Source of the DNA: Nitrosospira multiformis ATCC 25196
GTDB taxonomy: Bacteria; Pseudomonadota; Gammaproteobacteria; Burkholderiales; Nitrosomonadaceae
Length of the DNA: 32,000 bases
Reading direction: 5' to 3'
Assembly (NCBI RefSeq): GCF_000196355.1
Contig: NC_007614.1
Coordinates: 2,790,001 to 2,822,000 of the forward strand
Below are positions 1-8,778 of this stretch, piece after piece. How positions within the stretch are numbered: position 1 is the stretch's first letter; each line of letters starts with the position of its first letter. The notes under the pieces were generated by a model. It was not told where the DNA came from and ran no database searches. It was given only the letters and a program-made list of their open reading frames with translations. The translations under genes and the position numbers were made by a program.

Positions 1-2
1 CT

Positions 3-194
3 TACTGCTCCGTCAAATACGAAGAGACAATCTTGCGGCTGAAGTACGAACCGAGACTTTCCTGTCCGGATTGCGGCAAATATATCGTCATCAATCTTCT
101 TGACCTCTACACCATGCTTGAGTCGGTGCAAAAATCGTGTAAGGCGCTCCTCAAAAAATTGACCCCCACGTCAAACGGCAAAAGTCCGCATTAA
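3..194 (+). CDS. C-terminal fragment of a hypothetical protein (5' end outside window), with a CPDCGKY motif
   Basis: Open frame from the window edge: YCSVKYEETILRLKYEPRLSCPDCGKYIVINLLDLYTMLESVQKSCKALLKKLTPTSNGKSPH, stop at 192-194. Too short and truncated to name. Confidence 0.45.
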   Translation, partial: YCSVKYEETILRLKYEPRLSCPDCGKYIVINLLDLYTMLESVQKSCKALLKKLTPTSNGKSPH

Positions 195-392
195 TCTGCA
201 AAGCGAGGCTTCTGCCCGATTTTTGAAGCAAGCTTGACTGTAAAGCAAATACTGCTATGAATAAATCTGGAAATCCGAATGCCCTCCTGTCACTGGAGTA
301 ATGACGGCCCAGAAACGCTTCATGCCCGCTCATGACTTTCATATTCGAAGGCATGCGGGCTTTGTGCGAATTCCAAAAATAAGGAGGTGGTC

Positions 393-1157
393 ATGAAACA
401 GTTGCGAATGATGGGGTTTCTGTCCGCATTGATGGGACTGTGCGGTCTGCTTGTTATTCCCGTTTCACAGGCAGAACCAATGAAGCCTTCCAAGACAATC
501 AAGACGGAGTATCAGTATGCGGCGAAGGTGGCGTGTTCATTGCTGCTGCCACATCAGGACGGAACATTGGCGCGCGGCACTTATCGCACCACGGTCAACA
601 TTCATAACCCGAGCGACAAGAAAATCAGCATTGCCGCCAAGGTGGCGCTTGCCGCACAGTTTGGCTCCGAGCCGGGACCGTTTGATGTAACACCTTTCAA
701 GGAGGCGGTCATTCAGCCGGACGGGGCGGTAGGGGTGAATTGCTTTGATATCGCCAATTACTTTTGCCCGATCGATGGCGTCTGCGTGGATTTCGCCTTT
801 CTTGAAGGATTCCTGGTCGTGAAAAGCCCGGTGCCTCTGGATGTTGTAGGCGTTTATACCGCTCGCCATACTGATGGAGAAGTCGAATCCATCGACGTGG
901 ATGCGGTTGCACCCCACAAGGTTCGTGAGACAGTGAGCATAGGCGCAGCGGAATCCGGGAAGCGGGGAACAGGCAAGCGGGTCGATTATCCGCCGAAAGG
1001 AAGCTCGGCGTATGGGGAGAAGGAACCGAAGCAGATGTGCGGTGGCATAGCTGGCTTCCCCTGCCCCGAGGGCAAAAAGTGTGTGGATGATCCTTCAGAC
1101 AATTGCGATCCGGCACGTGGCGGAGCGGATTGCAGTGGCCTCTGTGTAAAACAATGA
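393..1157 (+). CDS. Secreted hypothetical protein with Cys-rich C-terminal module
   Basis: ORF 387..1157; AGGAGG upstream; signal-peptide-like N-terminus MKQLRMMGFLSALMGLCGLLVIPVSQA; C-terminal MCGGIAGFPCPEGKKCVDDPSDNCDPARGGADCSGLC. Confidence 0.75.
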   Translation: MKQLRMMGFLSALMGLCGLLVIPVSQAEPMKPSKTIKTEYQYAAKVACSLLLPHQDGTLARGTYRTTVNIHNPSDKKISIAAKVALAAQFGSEPGPFDVTPFKEAVIQPDGAVGVNCFDIANYFCPIDGVCVDFAFLEGFLVVKSPVPLDVVGVYTARHTDGEVESIDVDAVAPHKVRETVSIGAAESGKRGTGKRVDYPPKGSSAYGEKEPKQMCGGIAGFPCPEGKKCVDDPSDNCDPARGGADCSGLCVKQ

Positions 1158-1343
1158 TTTGAAGTGATCGCGGAAAAGGCGTTTTCCTGGCAGGGGCGAA
1201 TGCGAATTCGTCCCTGTTCAGAGACGGACTGAAATGGGCAAACTATGACTGAATAAACCGTGTTCCCGGAAAAACCGTATCAGTTTGAGTCGCTGTTGGT
1301 GAGTATGCCACCGCTTTATATTAGAGAATCACTGCCCCAGGAT

Positions 1344-1574
1344 TTAGGATTTCTTCTTGCGCCATTCGTCGCCCTCTTTCTCATATTCCTTTTTTACGGC
1401 CGCCCAGGCTACCCTGTGCGCCGTTTCTTCGCGTGAAGCATGGCCCCTGCGCTCATCCGGGTCCTTATACTCATCCCACGCGCTATTGAAAGCGGCTCTG
1501 TATATTTCCTGCGCATGCTTTGGCAGGACATTGGTAACGTTGTCCGGAAGATCTTTCAATGTATCGTATGGCAT
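1344..1574 (-). CDS. chaB: ChaB family protein (putative cation transport regulator)
   Basis: Translation MPYDTLKDLPDNVTNVLPKHAQEIYRAAFNSAWDEYKDPDERRGHASREETAHRVAWAAVKKEYEKEGDEWRKKKS matches the ChaB pattern (LP.NV...LP.HAQEIY..AFN.AW.Y; AH.VAWAAVKK.Y). Confidence 0.88.
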   Translation of the reverse strand: MPYDTLKDLPDNVTNVLPKHAQEIYRAAFNSAWDEYKDPDERRGHASREETAHRVAWAAVKKEYEKEGDEWRKKKS

Positions 1575-1772
1575 GACGCTTCTCCTGAACCTGGGTTGAA
1601 ATAATGGCATCCGGTTTCGGGTGAAACCAGGATACAAATTCAATATAGCAGGCATGCCGGGGGACGCTGCGAGCACTGATTCGCAGATGTCCGCTCGGTT
1701 TGCGGAATGGAACAAGCAGGAGGGGAGATACAAACAAAAAATGGACTGGCGAGAATACCAACCCATTCAGGG

Positions 1773-1848
1773 TGGTAGCGAATCCCAGATTCGAACTGGG
1801 GACCAACGGATTATGATTCCGCTGCTCTAACCACTGAGCTAATTCGCC
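1773..1848 (-). tRNA. tRNA-Met (anticodon CAT, elongator type)
   Basis: Minus strand GGCGAATTAGCTCAGTGGTTAGAGCAGCGGAATCATAATCCGTTGGTCCCCAGTTCGAATCTGGGATTCGCTACCA: cloverleaf with D-arm, CGGAATCATAATCCG anticodon region, GTTCGAATC T-arm, encoded CCA. Acceptor stem has a terminal G:U. Confidence 0.93.
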
Positions 1849-2057
1849 ACGTGTTATATGGAAGGTCTGGCATTATGCCTTCGCGCCACATTCCTGTCAA
1901 GATTCGAAATGGCGTCACCAATCCATCCAATTGATTGATTCAATTATAAAAACAGGGGAAGCGTAGCTGTTGTTCATAAATCCAACGAGGCGGAAAACGG
2001 ACGTTCCGCCTTATCCATGCACCCCCGCGCAAGGGAAAGCGGCTGTATAATGGTTCC

Positions 2058-3227
2058 ATGAAATTCGATGTCGTTATCGTGGGGGGCGGATTGGTTGGGG
2101 CAAGCCTGGCGCTTGCCCTCAAGGATAGCGGCCTGGAAATAGCGCTGGTTGAATTCCGCCCCGTACCGCCACTTCCCGCCGATGAGAGCTGGGACAGCAG
2201 AGTCTACGCCATCAGTCCGGGCAGCGCTGCATTCCTGCAAAACCTGGGAGTGTGGGACGCTCTCGATCAGGAGCGTGTGACTCCTGTTTACAATATGTCA
2301 GTCTTCGGTGACGACAACGCCGCGCGGCTGGATTTCAGCGCCTACAATATCGGTGTCCCCGAACTGGCTTTCATAGTGGAGAACCGCCAGCTCCAGCATG
2401 CCGCCTGGAGAGAGCTCAAATGCCCGGGAAATTCGATCAAGGTTTTTTGTCCCGCGCAATGTTCCATGATGCTCCGGGCCGAGTCTAACGCCGAGCTGCA
2501 TCTCGATGATGGAACTGTCGTGCAGGCGGGGTTGATCGTTGGGGCGGACGGAGGGAATTCCTGGGTACGCGAACAGGCAGGTATTGAAGTATCGCGGCAT
2601 TCCTACCAGCAAATGGGCTTGGTGGCAAACTTCGAGGCAACGCGCCCTCATAATAACGTCGCCCACCAGTGGTTTCGGCGCGATGGCGTGCTGGCGCTGC
2701 TGCCGATGCCCGGGAGGCTGGTGTCCATGGTATGGTCTGCAAGGGAAGAACTCGCGCAAACGATGCTCGCGCTACCTGAAAAGGAACTATGCGAGCGCGT
2801 CGTCCGGGCCTCGCAACATTCCCTGGGCGAGATGCGGCTCGTTACGCGCCCTGCCGCTTTTCCCCTGAATTTTGTACATGTGAAAAAGCTGGCGCAGCCG
2901 CATCTTGCGCTCATCGGCGACGCAGCGCATGGCATCCATCCTCTTGCGGGACAGGGCGTGAATCTCGGTTTACGCGACGCGCAGGAACTCGCCTCTGTCA
3001 TCCGCTCGCGCGGCCTGCAATCGGATTGCGGGGATTACCTGTTGCTGCGCCGCTATGAGCGCGCCCGCAAGGAAGACATCCTGGCCATGGAGCTGGTTAC
3101 CGACGGCTTGCAGAAGCTGTTCAACCACACTCACCCGACGCTCATTCGCCTGCGCAATCTGGGTCTGGAAATCACCAACCGGTTGCCTCTGATAAAAGAC
3201 CGCTTGATGCAGCAGGCATTAAGTTGA
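2058..3227 (+). CDS. UbiH/UbiF/Coq6-family FAD-dependent hydroxylase (ubiquinone biosynthesis)
   Basis: N-terminal dinucleotide-binding motif VVIVGGGLVGASLALAL, and LALIGDAAHGIHPLAGQGVNLGLRD typical of the family. Confidence 0.9.
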   Translation: MKFDVVIVGGGLVGASLALALKDSGLEIALVEFRPVPPLPADESWDSRVYAISPGSAAFLQNLGVWDALDQERVTPVYNMSVFGDDNAARLDFSAYNIGVPELAFIVENRQLQHAAWRELKCPGNSIKVFCPAQCSMMLRAESNAELHLDDGTVVQAGLIVGADGGNSWVREQAGIEVSRHSYQQMGLVANFEATRPHNNVAHQWFRRDGVLALLPMPGRLVSMVWSAREELAQTMLALPEKELCERVVRASQHSLGEMRLVTRPAAFPLNFVHVKKLAQPHLALIGDAAHGIHPLAGQGVNLGLRDAQELASVIRSRGLQSDCGDYLLLRRYERARKEDILAMELVTDGLQKLFNHTHPTLIRLRNLGLEITNRLPLIKDRLMQQALS

Positions 3228-3325
3228 GCCCGGCTGATTCTTTTTCCTTTCCATCCCATCAGAACACCACCTACACAACTACGGGGCCGTCCGGCTGCAT
3301 CCCATCCCAAAACGGAGTAAAGACC

Positions 3326-4045
3326 ATGCGTTCAAAACTCGTTTCCCTCGCTTTGCCTTCTCTATTGCTATGCTTTCTTTCCAGCGCTTCCGCTGACGAG
3401 GCATCCCTGAAAAAAGCGCTTCAGGCAAATTTTCCCGGAGAGAAGGTCGAAAGCATAAAAAAAACCCCCTATCTCGGTCTATACGAAGTGGTGGTGGGAG
3501 GCGAATTGTTCTATACGGACGACAAGGCTTCGTACCTTTTTTTCGGTCATGTAATTGATCCGAAAACGAAGGAAAGCCTGACTTCCGAACGCTTGCAACA
3601 AATCAAGGAGGCTCGGCGCATAGATGTAGGCTCTCTTCCCCTGCAGCATGCGATCAAGGCGGTCAAGGGGAATGGGAAACGCAAACTTGTCGTTTTCTCC
3701 GATCCGAACTGCCCTTTTTGCAAACGTCTGGAAAAGGAACTGGTTAACGTAACGGATGTAACGATATATACCCTGCTTTATCCAGTGCTGAACGGTTCGA
3801 CCCCGACCGCAACGGCGATATGGTGCTCGGAGGACAGGCTCAAGGCCTGGGAAGATTTCATGCTCAGGAATATCATGCCCGCCAGCAAGGATTGCGCCAC
3901 GCCCATAGATGTGATTCTCAAGGCAGGGAAAGAAAACGATATAAGCGGTACCCCTACCCTGATTTTTGCCAATGGCTCGGTAACGCCCGGATTGATTCCT
4001 GCGGAGACGATAGAAAAGAAATTAAACGCGGCTCCTGCGAAATAG
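3326..4045 (+). CDS. dsbC: DsbC/DsbG-family thiol:disulfide interchange protein
   Basis: Signal peptide MRSKLVSLALPSLLLCFLSSASA; CPFC active site in VVFSDPNCPFCKRLEKEL; ISGTPTLIFANG. Confidence 0.9.
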   Translation: MRSKLVSLALPSLLLCFLSSASADEASLKKALQANFPGEKVESIKKTPYLGLYEVVVGGELFYTDDKASYLFFGHVIDPKTKESLTSERLQQIKEARRIDVGSLPLQHAIKAVKGNGKRKLVVFSDPNCPFCKRLEKELVNVTDVTIYTLLYPVLNGSTPTATAIWCSEDRLKAWEDFMLRNIMPASKDCATPIDVILKAGKENDISGTPTLIFANGSVTPGLIPAETIEKKLNAAPAK

Positions 4046-4096
4046 ATAACTCGGTGACAGGCGCTGGGAAGCGCCTGCATCCTCCTATTCGCGGGT

Positions 4097-5290
4097 TTAT
4101 TTGGAGCTTCCCAGTATTCGCGCGGCGGGTGGAAAGTCTTGGGGCATATATTCCACTGGCATGAGTACCCACATCCTCCCCGTCTGCCTCATCTTCCCTG
4201 CCTTTTCTGCTGCGTCGGGGCCAAATCCCCAGAAAAAATCTGCCCGCACATTCCCTTTGATTGCTCCGCCGGTGTCCTGGGCCACCATCAACCGTTGAAG
4301 CTGCTCGTCGGTATTTGGCCAGGTAGTGGAAAGAAAGACCGGGGCGCCCTGCGGGATCACCCGCGGATCCACCGCAAGGCTTCTTCCAGCCGTAAGAGGC
4401 ACCCCCATGGAGCCGAGCGGCCCCGATATCGTATCCGGCAGTTCGCGGAAAAAGACGAAGCTTGAATTCTGATGCAAAATATTCGGCAGCTTTCGGGGAT
4501 TCTTCTGCCCCCAAGCCTTGATTCCCTGCATAGAGGCCCTTTCCAGGGGTAATTCGCCGCGATCCACCAGCAGTTTCCCGATGGATCTGTAAGGGTGGCC
4601 GTTTTGATCCGCGTACCCCACCCTCACGATCTCGCCATTTTCAAGCTCCACCCGCCCGGACCCCTGAATCTGCAGAAAAAACAGATCTACCTCGTCATCC
4701 ACCCAGAGCAGTTCTTTTCCCTGTAGTGCTGGGGGATTGCTGGATATTTCAGCCCGGCTGTAGAAGGGGACCACCTTGCGCCCTTCGAGTCGTCCCCGCA
4801 ACCGCATGTTTTTGAGCTGGGGGTAGACGGAACTCAAATCCACTATCAGCAATTCTTCAGGGGTTGTGTAAAGCGGATAGCGGTAACGGGCGGAAGGTGT
4901 GCGGCTCCCCTTGAGCAGAGGCTCGTAATAACCGGTGATGAGGCCGTTCTCGGTACCATCAGGATTCAATACCTGATAGGGAACAAAATAGCTTTCAAAA
5001 AACTGGCGCACCGTATCGCTATCTTGTCCTCTCACGGAATCGGCCTGAATGCAGGCTTCCTGCCATAGCGCCTTTTTTTTCAAAACGGTGCAGCTCTGAA
5101 GGAACGCATCCAGTGCCGGCACAATCTCGTCATCCCTCCACCCCTCTACTGTATCCCAGCCGGCGGGTTTGAGCACCGGCTTGGGCTGAGGTTCGGCCGG
5201 TTTCTCCGTGACACGGGGAGTAGGAATGATATTGCAGGCGCCGAGCAACAGTAGCGCGACAACAGTAAGTGTGCGTAATTGGTCTTTCAT
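4097..5290 (-). CDS. mltA: Membrane-bound lytic murein transglycosylase A (lipoprotein)
   Basis: Lipobox-like LLLLGAC; FVPYQV, ITGYYEPLLKGSR, FFLQIQGSGRV, NQNGHPYRSIGK-like (DQNGHPYRSIGKLL), AQDTGGAIKGNVRADFFWGFG. Confidence 0.93.
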   Translation of the reverse strand: MKDQLRTLTVVALLLLGACNIIPTPRVTEKPAEPQPKPVLKPAGWDTVEGWRDDEIVPALDAFLQSCTVLKKKALWQEACIQADSVRGQDSDTVRQFFESYFVPYQVLNPDGTENGLITGYYEPLLKGSRTPSARYRYPLYTTPEELLIVDLSSVYPQLKNMRLRGRLEGRKVVPFYSRAEISSNPPALQGKELLWVDDEVDLFFLQIQGSGRVELENGEIVRVGYADQNGHPYRSIGKLLVDRGELPLERASMQGIKAWGQKNPRKLPNILHQNSSFVFFRELPDTISGPLGSMGVPLTAGRSLAVDPRVIPQGAPVFLSTTWPNTDEQLQRLMVAQDTGGAIKGNVRADFFWGFGPDAAEKAGKMRQTGRMWVLMPVEYMPQDFPPAARILGSSK

Positions 5291-5379
5291 GAAGTTTTGG
5301 GTTAAAGTTTCATCTTGGAAATCTCTGAACGAGCAATCCCGCTCGTGGCGGCATCAGAGGCTTCCCCTTAATATACATC

Positions 5380-5505
5380 ATGGTTGATCCTATGTGGATA
5401 TTACTGCTTGAAGCCGGCGTAGCGCTGTCGCTACTGATTCTCGTCGTCTGGTGGACGACAAGACCCCGAAAGAAGGATGAGAATGAAGACAATAATAAAG
5501 AGTAA
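5380..5505 (+). CDS. Small single-TM membrane protein, 41 aa
   Basis: MVDPMWILLLEAGVALSLLILVVWWTTRPRKKDENEDNNKE: one hydrophobic helix followed by a charged tail; below the supplied ORF-track cutoff. Confidence 0.5.
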   Translation: MVDPMWILLLEAGVALSLLILVVWWTTRPRKKDENEDNNKE

Positions 5506-5835
5506 AGACTTCAGCATCCCGGGCTGACAGTTGAAAGACGGACGAGAGGAGAACAGGAATATGATAACGAAGAACAAGAACATCTCTGGTCCGGCACGCT
5601 TTGACTTGCCCATTCGCTTTCCTGTAGACATCTCATTGAAATGATTTTTGAAAGCCTGTTGCCGGAAAACAAGACGCTCGATGCTTCGATGTTTCACCTC
5701 TTCCACACGTCCCGCGCATCCAGCTTTCCATCGCGCAATTCCGAACATAAATTCAGTGCGATTCCGCAAGTTATTTGGCAGAATACCTGTCTTGGGAAAA
5801 TGGTTTAGCACAAGAGGACATAAGGGGAATAACCA

Positions 5836-7179
5836 ATGAAATATCGCAGTTTCGAGGAATTCTGCGCGTACGTGGCGGAGCATAATCCGGGACAGCCCGA
5901 ATATCTCCAGGCAGTGACGGAAGTCATGGAGAGCCTCTGGCCCTTTATCACGAAAAACCCTCGTTATGCGGAACACGGCATTCTCGACCGTCTCGTGGAG
6001 CCGGAGCGAATAATCGTTTTTCGTGTGTCCTGGGTGGATGATCGAGGAGAGGTGAAAGTCAACCGGGGCTACCGCATACAGCACAGCTCTTCCATTGGCC
6101 CATATAAGGGTGGCACCCGCTTTCATCCCTCGGTAAACCTTTCCATCCTCAAATTCCTGGCGTTCGAGCAAACGTTCAAGAACGCGCTTACGACACTTCC
6201 CATGGGGGGTGGCAAGGGTGGCGCCGATTTCAACCCCAGGGACCGTAGTCCGGGGGAGATCATGCGCTTCTGTCAGGCTTATATGACTGAGCTGTTCCGT
6301 CATATCGGCTCGGATGTCGATGTGCCGGCAGGCGATATCGGCGTGGGGGGGCGGGAAGTAGGTTTCATGGCAGGGATGATGAAAAAACTTTCCAATCGTG
6401 CTGACTGCGTCTTCACCGGGAAGGGGTTGAGTTTCGGTGGATCCCTCATTCGTCCGGAAGCTACCGGCTACGGTACTGTCTACTTTGCCGAGGAGATGCT
6501 CAAGCAATCCGGACGCTCGCTGGAAGGCATGCGTGTTGCGGTTTCAGGTTCGGGAAACGTGGCGCAATATGCGGTGGAGAAAGCGATGGCCTTGGGTGCC
6601 AAAGTGATAACGGTTTCCGATTCAGACGGCACTGTAGTCGATGAAGAAGGTTTTACTCCCGAAAAGCTCGCTGAACTGATGGATGTGAAAAATAAGCAGT
6701 ATGGCCGTATCAATGCCTACGCAGAGCGTGTGAAAGCCAATTTTATTCCCGGTAAAAGACCGTGGCATGTTCCCGTAGAAGTCGCGCTGCCCTGCGCCAC
6801 GCAGAACGAGCTGAATGAAGAGGATGCTGCCCTGCTTATCAGGAACGGCGTGGTATGCGTGGCAGAAGGCGCCAACATGCCTTCCACCGCCGAGGCGGTA
6901 AAGCAATTCGAGCGCAGCGGGGTTCTTTTTGCGCCGGGCAAGGCCAGCAATGCCGGCGGCGTAGCCACTTCCGGTCTGGAAATGAGCCAGAACGCCATGC
7001 GTCTTTCCTGGCAGCGGGAAGAAGTGGACGCGCGATTGCTCCAGATCATGCAGGCTATCCACCGCTCCTGCACCGAGCACGGGCGGCGGGAAGACGGCAC
7101 TATCAGCTACGTCAACGGAGCGAATGTCGCAGGTTTCGTAAAGGTGGCGGATGCGATGATAGGCCAGGGTGTAATCTAG
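5836..7179 (+). CDS. gdhA: NADP-specific glutamate dehydrogenase
   Basis: RVSWVDDRGEVKVNRGYRIQHSSSIGPYKGGTRFHPSVN, TTLPMGGGKGGADFNPR, VSGSGNVAQYAVEKAM: diagnostic hexameric GDH motifs. Confidence 0.97.
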   Translation: MKYRSFEEFCAYVAEHNPGQPEYLQAVTEVMESLWPFITKNPRYAEHGILDRLVEPERIIVFRVSWVDDRGEVKVNRGYRIQHSSSIGPYKGGTRFHPSVNLSILKFLAFEQTFKNALTTLPMGGGKGGADFNPRDRSPGEIMRFCQAYMTELFRHIGSDVDVPAGDIGVGGREVGFMAGMMKKLSNRADCVFTGKGLSFGGSLIRPEATGYGTVYFAEEMLKQSGRSLEGMRVAVSGSGNVAQYAVEKAMALGAKVITVSDSDGTVVDEEGFTPEKLAELMDVKNKQYGRINAYAERVKANFIPGKRPWHVPVEVALPCATQNELNEEDAALLIRNGVVCVAEGANMPSTAEAVKQFERSGVLFAPGKASNAGGVATSGLEMSQNAMRLSWQREEVDARLLQIMQAIHRSCTEHGRREDGTISYVNGANVAGFVKVADAMIGQGVI

Positions 7180-7283
7180 AGCCTGATCCAGCAGTCTCCG
7201 GTCCCGGTTCCACCCCTTCCTGTTTCAAGGAGGGGGGAAGAGAAAACAGGATGAGCCCGCGCTGCAACGGGTTTTTTGGGGAG

Positions 7284-8642
7284 TTATCGCACCCATACCG
7301 TTTTTACATTAACGAATTCCCGGATGCCATGATAGGACAGTTCCCTGCCGAATCCGGAATCCTTGGTTCCTCCGAAGGGAAGGCGTGGATCTGACCGGAC
7401 CATGCCATTGATAAAGCTGCAACCCGCCTGAATTCGATGGGCCAGTTCCTCGGCATGGTCGGCATCGCGGCTCCAGATGCTGGAGCCGAGCCCGAAGCGG
7501 GTATCGTTGGCAATGCGAATGGCGTCCTCCTCGTCCGCCGCGCGTATCACCGCCGCAACCGGCCCGAATAATTCCTCATGATAGGCTCTCATCCCGGGTG
7601 TTACGTCATCCAGAATGGACGGGGGATAGAATGCCCCCTCCCCCGGTTCACACCCGAGAACCGCATGCGCGCCCTGTGCAATCGAATCGGTCACTTGCTG
7701 ATGCAGGTTTTCGCGCAGATCGAGCCTTGCCATCGGGCCGATCTGCGTCGCCTCGTCCAGAGGATCGCCCATTTTCAATTCTTTTGTTTTCTTTATGAAC
7801 AACGAACCAAACTCATCGGCAATGTCGGCCACAGGAATAATGCGCTTTGCGGCAATGCATGACTGTCCGCAATTCTGAAAGCGCGACCTAACCGCAAAGG
7901 TGGCGGCGAGTTCCAGGTCCGCATCTTTCAGAACGATAAACGCATCCGACCCGCCGAGTTCCATCACACACTTCTTCAAATGCTGTCCCGCGTGGGAAGC
8001 TATTTCCCGGCCGGCCCGCTCCGAGCCCGTGAGTGTCACAGCATGGACATGCTGGCTGGCGATAGCCTCCCCCACCTCAGACGGCTCTATCATGAGCGTG
8101 CTGAAAAGGTGCGGAGGAAAACCAGCATCCTGGAACAGCCGTTCGAGCGCCAAAGCGCACTGCGGAACATTCGACGCATGTTTCAGCACGCAGCCATTTC
8201 CCGCCATGAGTGTGGGAGCGGCGAAGCGGATCACCTGGAAAAAAGGGAAATTCCAGGGCATCACCCCCAGGACGACTCCAAGAGGCTCATAGGACACGTA
8301 ACTTTTGCAGGCCCCGGTCTGAACCCTCTCGACCTGCATGAAATGCTCGGCGTGCACGGCATAATAATCGCAGGCAAGCGCGCACTTTTCCACCTCCGCG
8401 CGACCTTCGCGCACAGGCTTGCCCATTTCCGCAGCTATAAGAATGGCATATTCAGCCGCCCGTTCATGCAAGAGGCTGGCGGCTCTGTGCATAAGCTCCG
8501 CGCGTCGGGGAAAACCCAGTCGTGCCCAGGCGGGCTGGGCATGATATGTTTGCTCCAGGGCTTCGGCCAAGTGGCGGCGATCCCAGCTCATATAGGTTTT
8601 CAGTGTCTCATTGGTCGCCGGATTCAAACTGATGTATGGCAT
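7284..8642 (-). CDS. NAD(P)-dependent aldehyde dehydrogenase, succinate-semialdehyde dehydrogenase type
   Basis: ALDH motifs VTLTGSERAGREI, VMELGGSDAFIVL, FQNCGQSCIAAKRIIP, EELFGPVAAV. Confidence 0.9.
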   Translation of the reverse strand: MPYISLNPATNETLKTYMSWDRRHLAEALEQTYHAQPAWARLGFPRRAELMHRAASLLHERAAEYAILIAAEMGKPVREGRAEVEKCALACDYYAVHAEHFMQVERVQTGACKSYVSYEPLGVVLGVMPWNFPFFQVIRFAAPTLMAGNGCVLKHASNVPQCALALERLFQDAGFPPHLFSTLMIEPSEVGEAIASQHVHAVTLTGSERAGREIASHAGQHLKKCVMELGGSDAFIVLKDADLELAATFAVRSRFQNCGQSCIAAKRIIPVADIADEFGSLFIKKTKELKMGDPLDEATQIGPMARLDLRENLHQQVTDSIAQGAHAVLGCEPGEGAFYPPSILDDVTPGMRAYHEELFGPVAAVIRAADEEDAIRIANDTRFGLGSSIWSRDADHAEELAHRIQAGCSFINGMVRSDPRLPFGGTKDSGFGRELSYHGIREFVNVKTVWVR

Positions 8643-8778
8643 GATGTGCTATTCTTGAAGCAGAACCCGAATGGGGGCGGAAGCTGGTAAAAGGAAGTAA
8701 AGAAAAACGGCTTTCAAGTGAACCTGGAGCAGATACGCTCTTCAATTTTTTCCCTCGATTACTAATGTATAGCAGGTT

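Noticed and set aside
5648-5839. 63-aa plus ORF before gdhA and the in-frame MITKNKNISGPARFDLPIRFPVDISLK upstream of it
   Set aside because: In-frame TGA between the segments, non-ATG start at 5648, Arg/Ser-rich random-like composition; not enough support for a gene.
5431-6507. 358-aa minus-strand ORF in the track
   Set aside because: Antisense to the N-terminal half of the unmistakable gdhA coding sequence; no recognisable domain.
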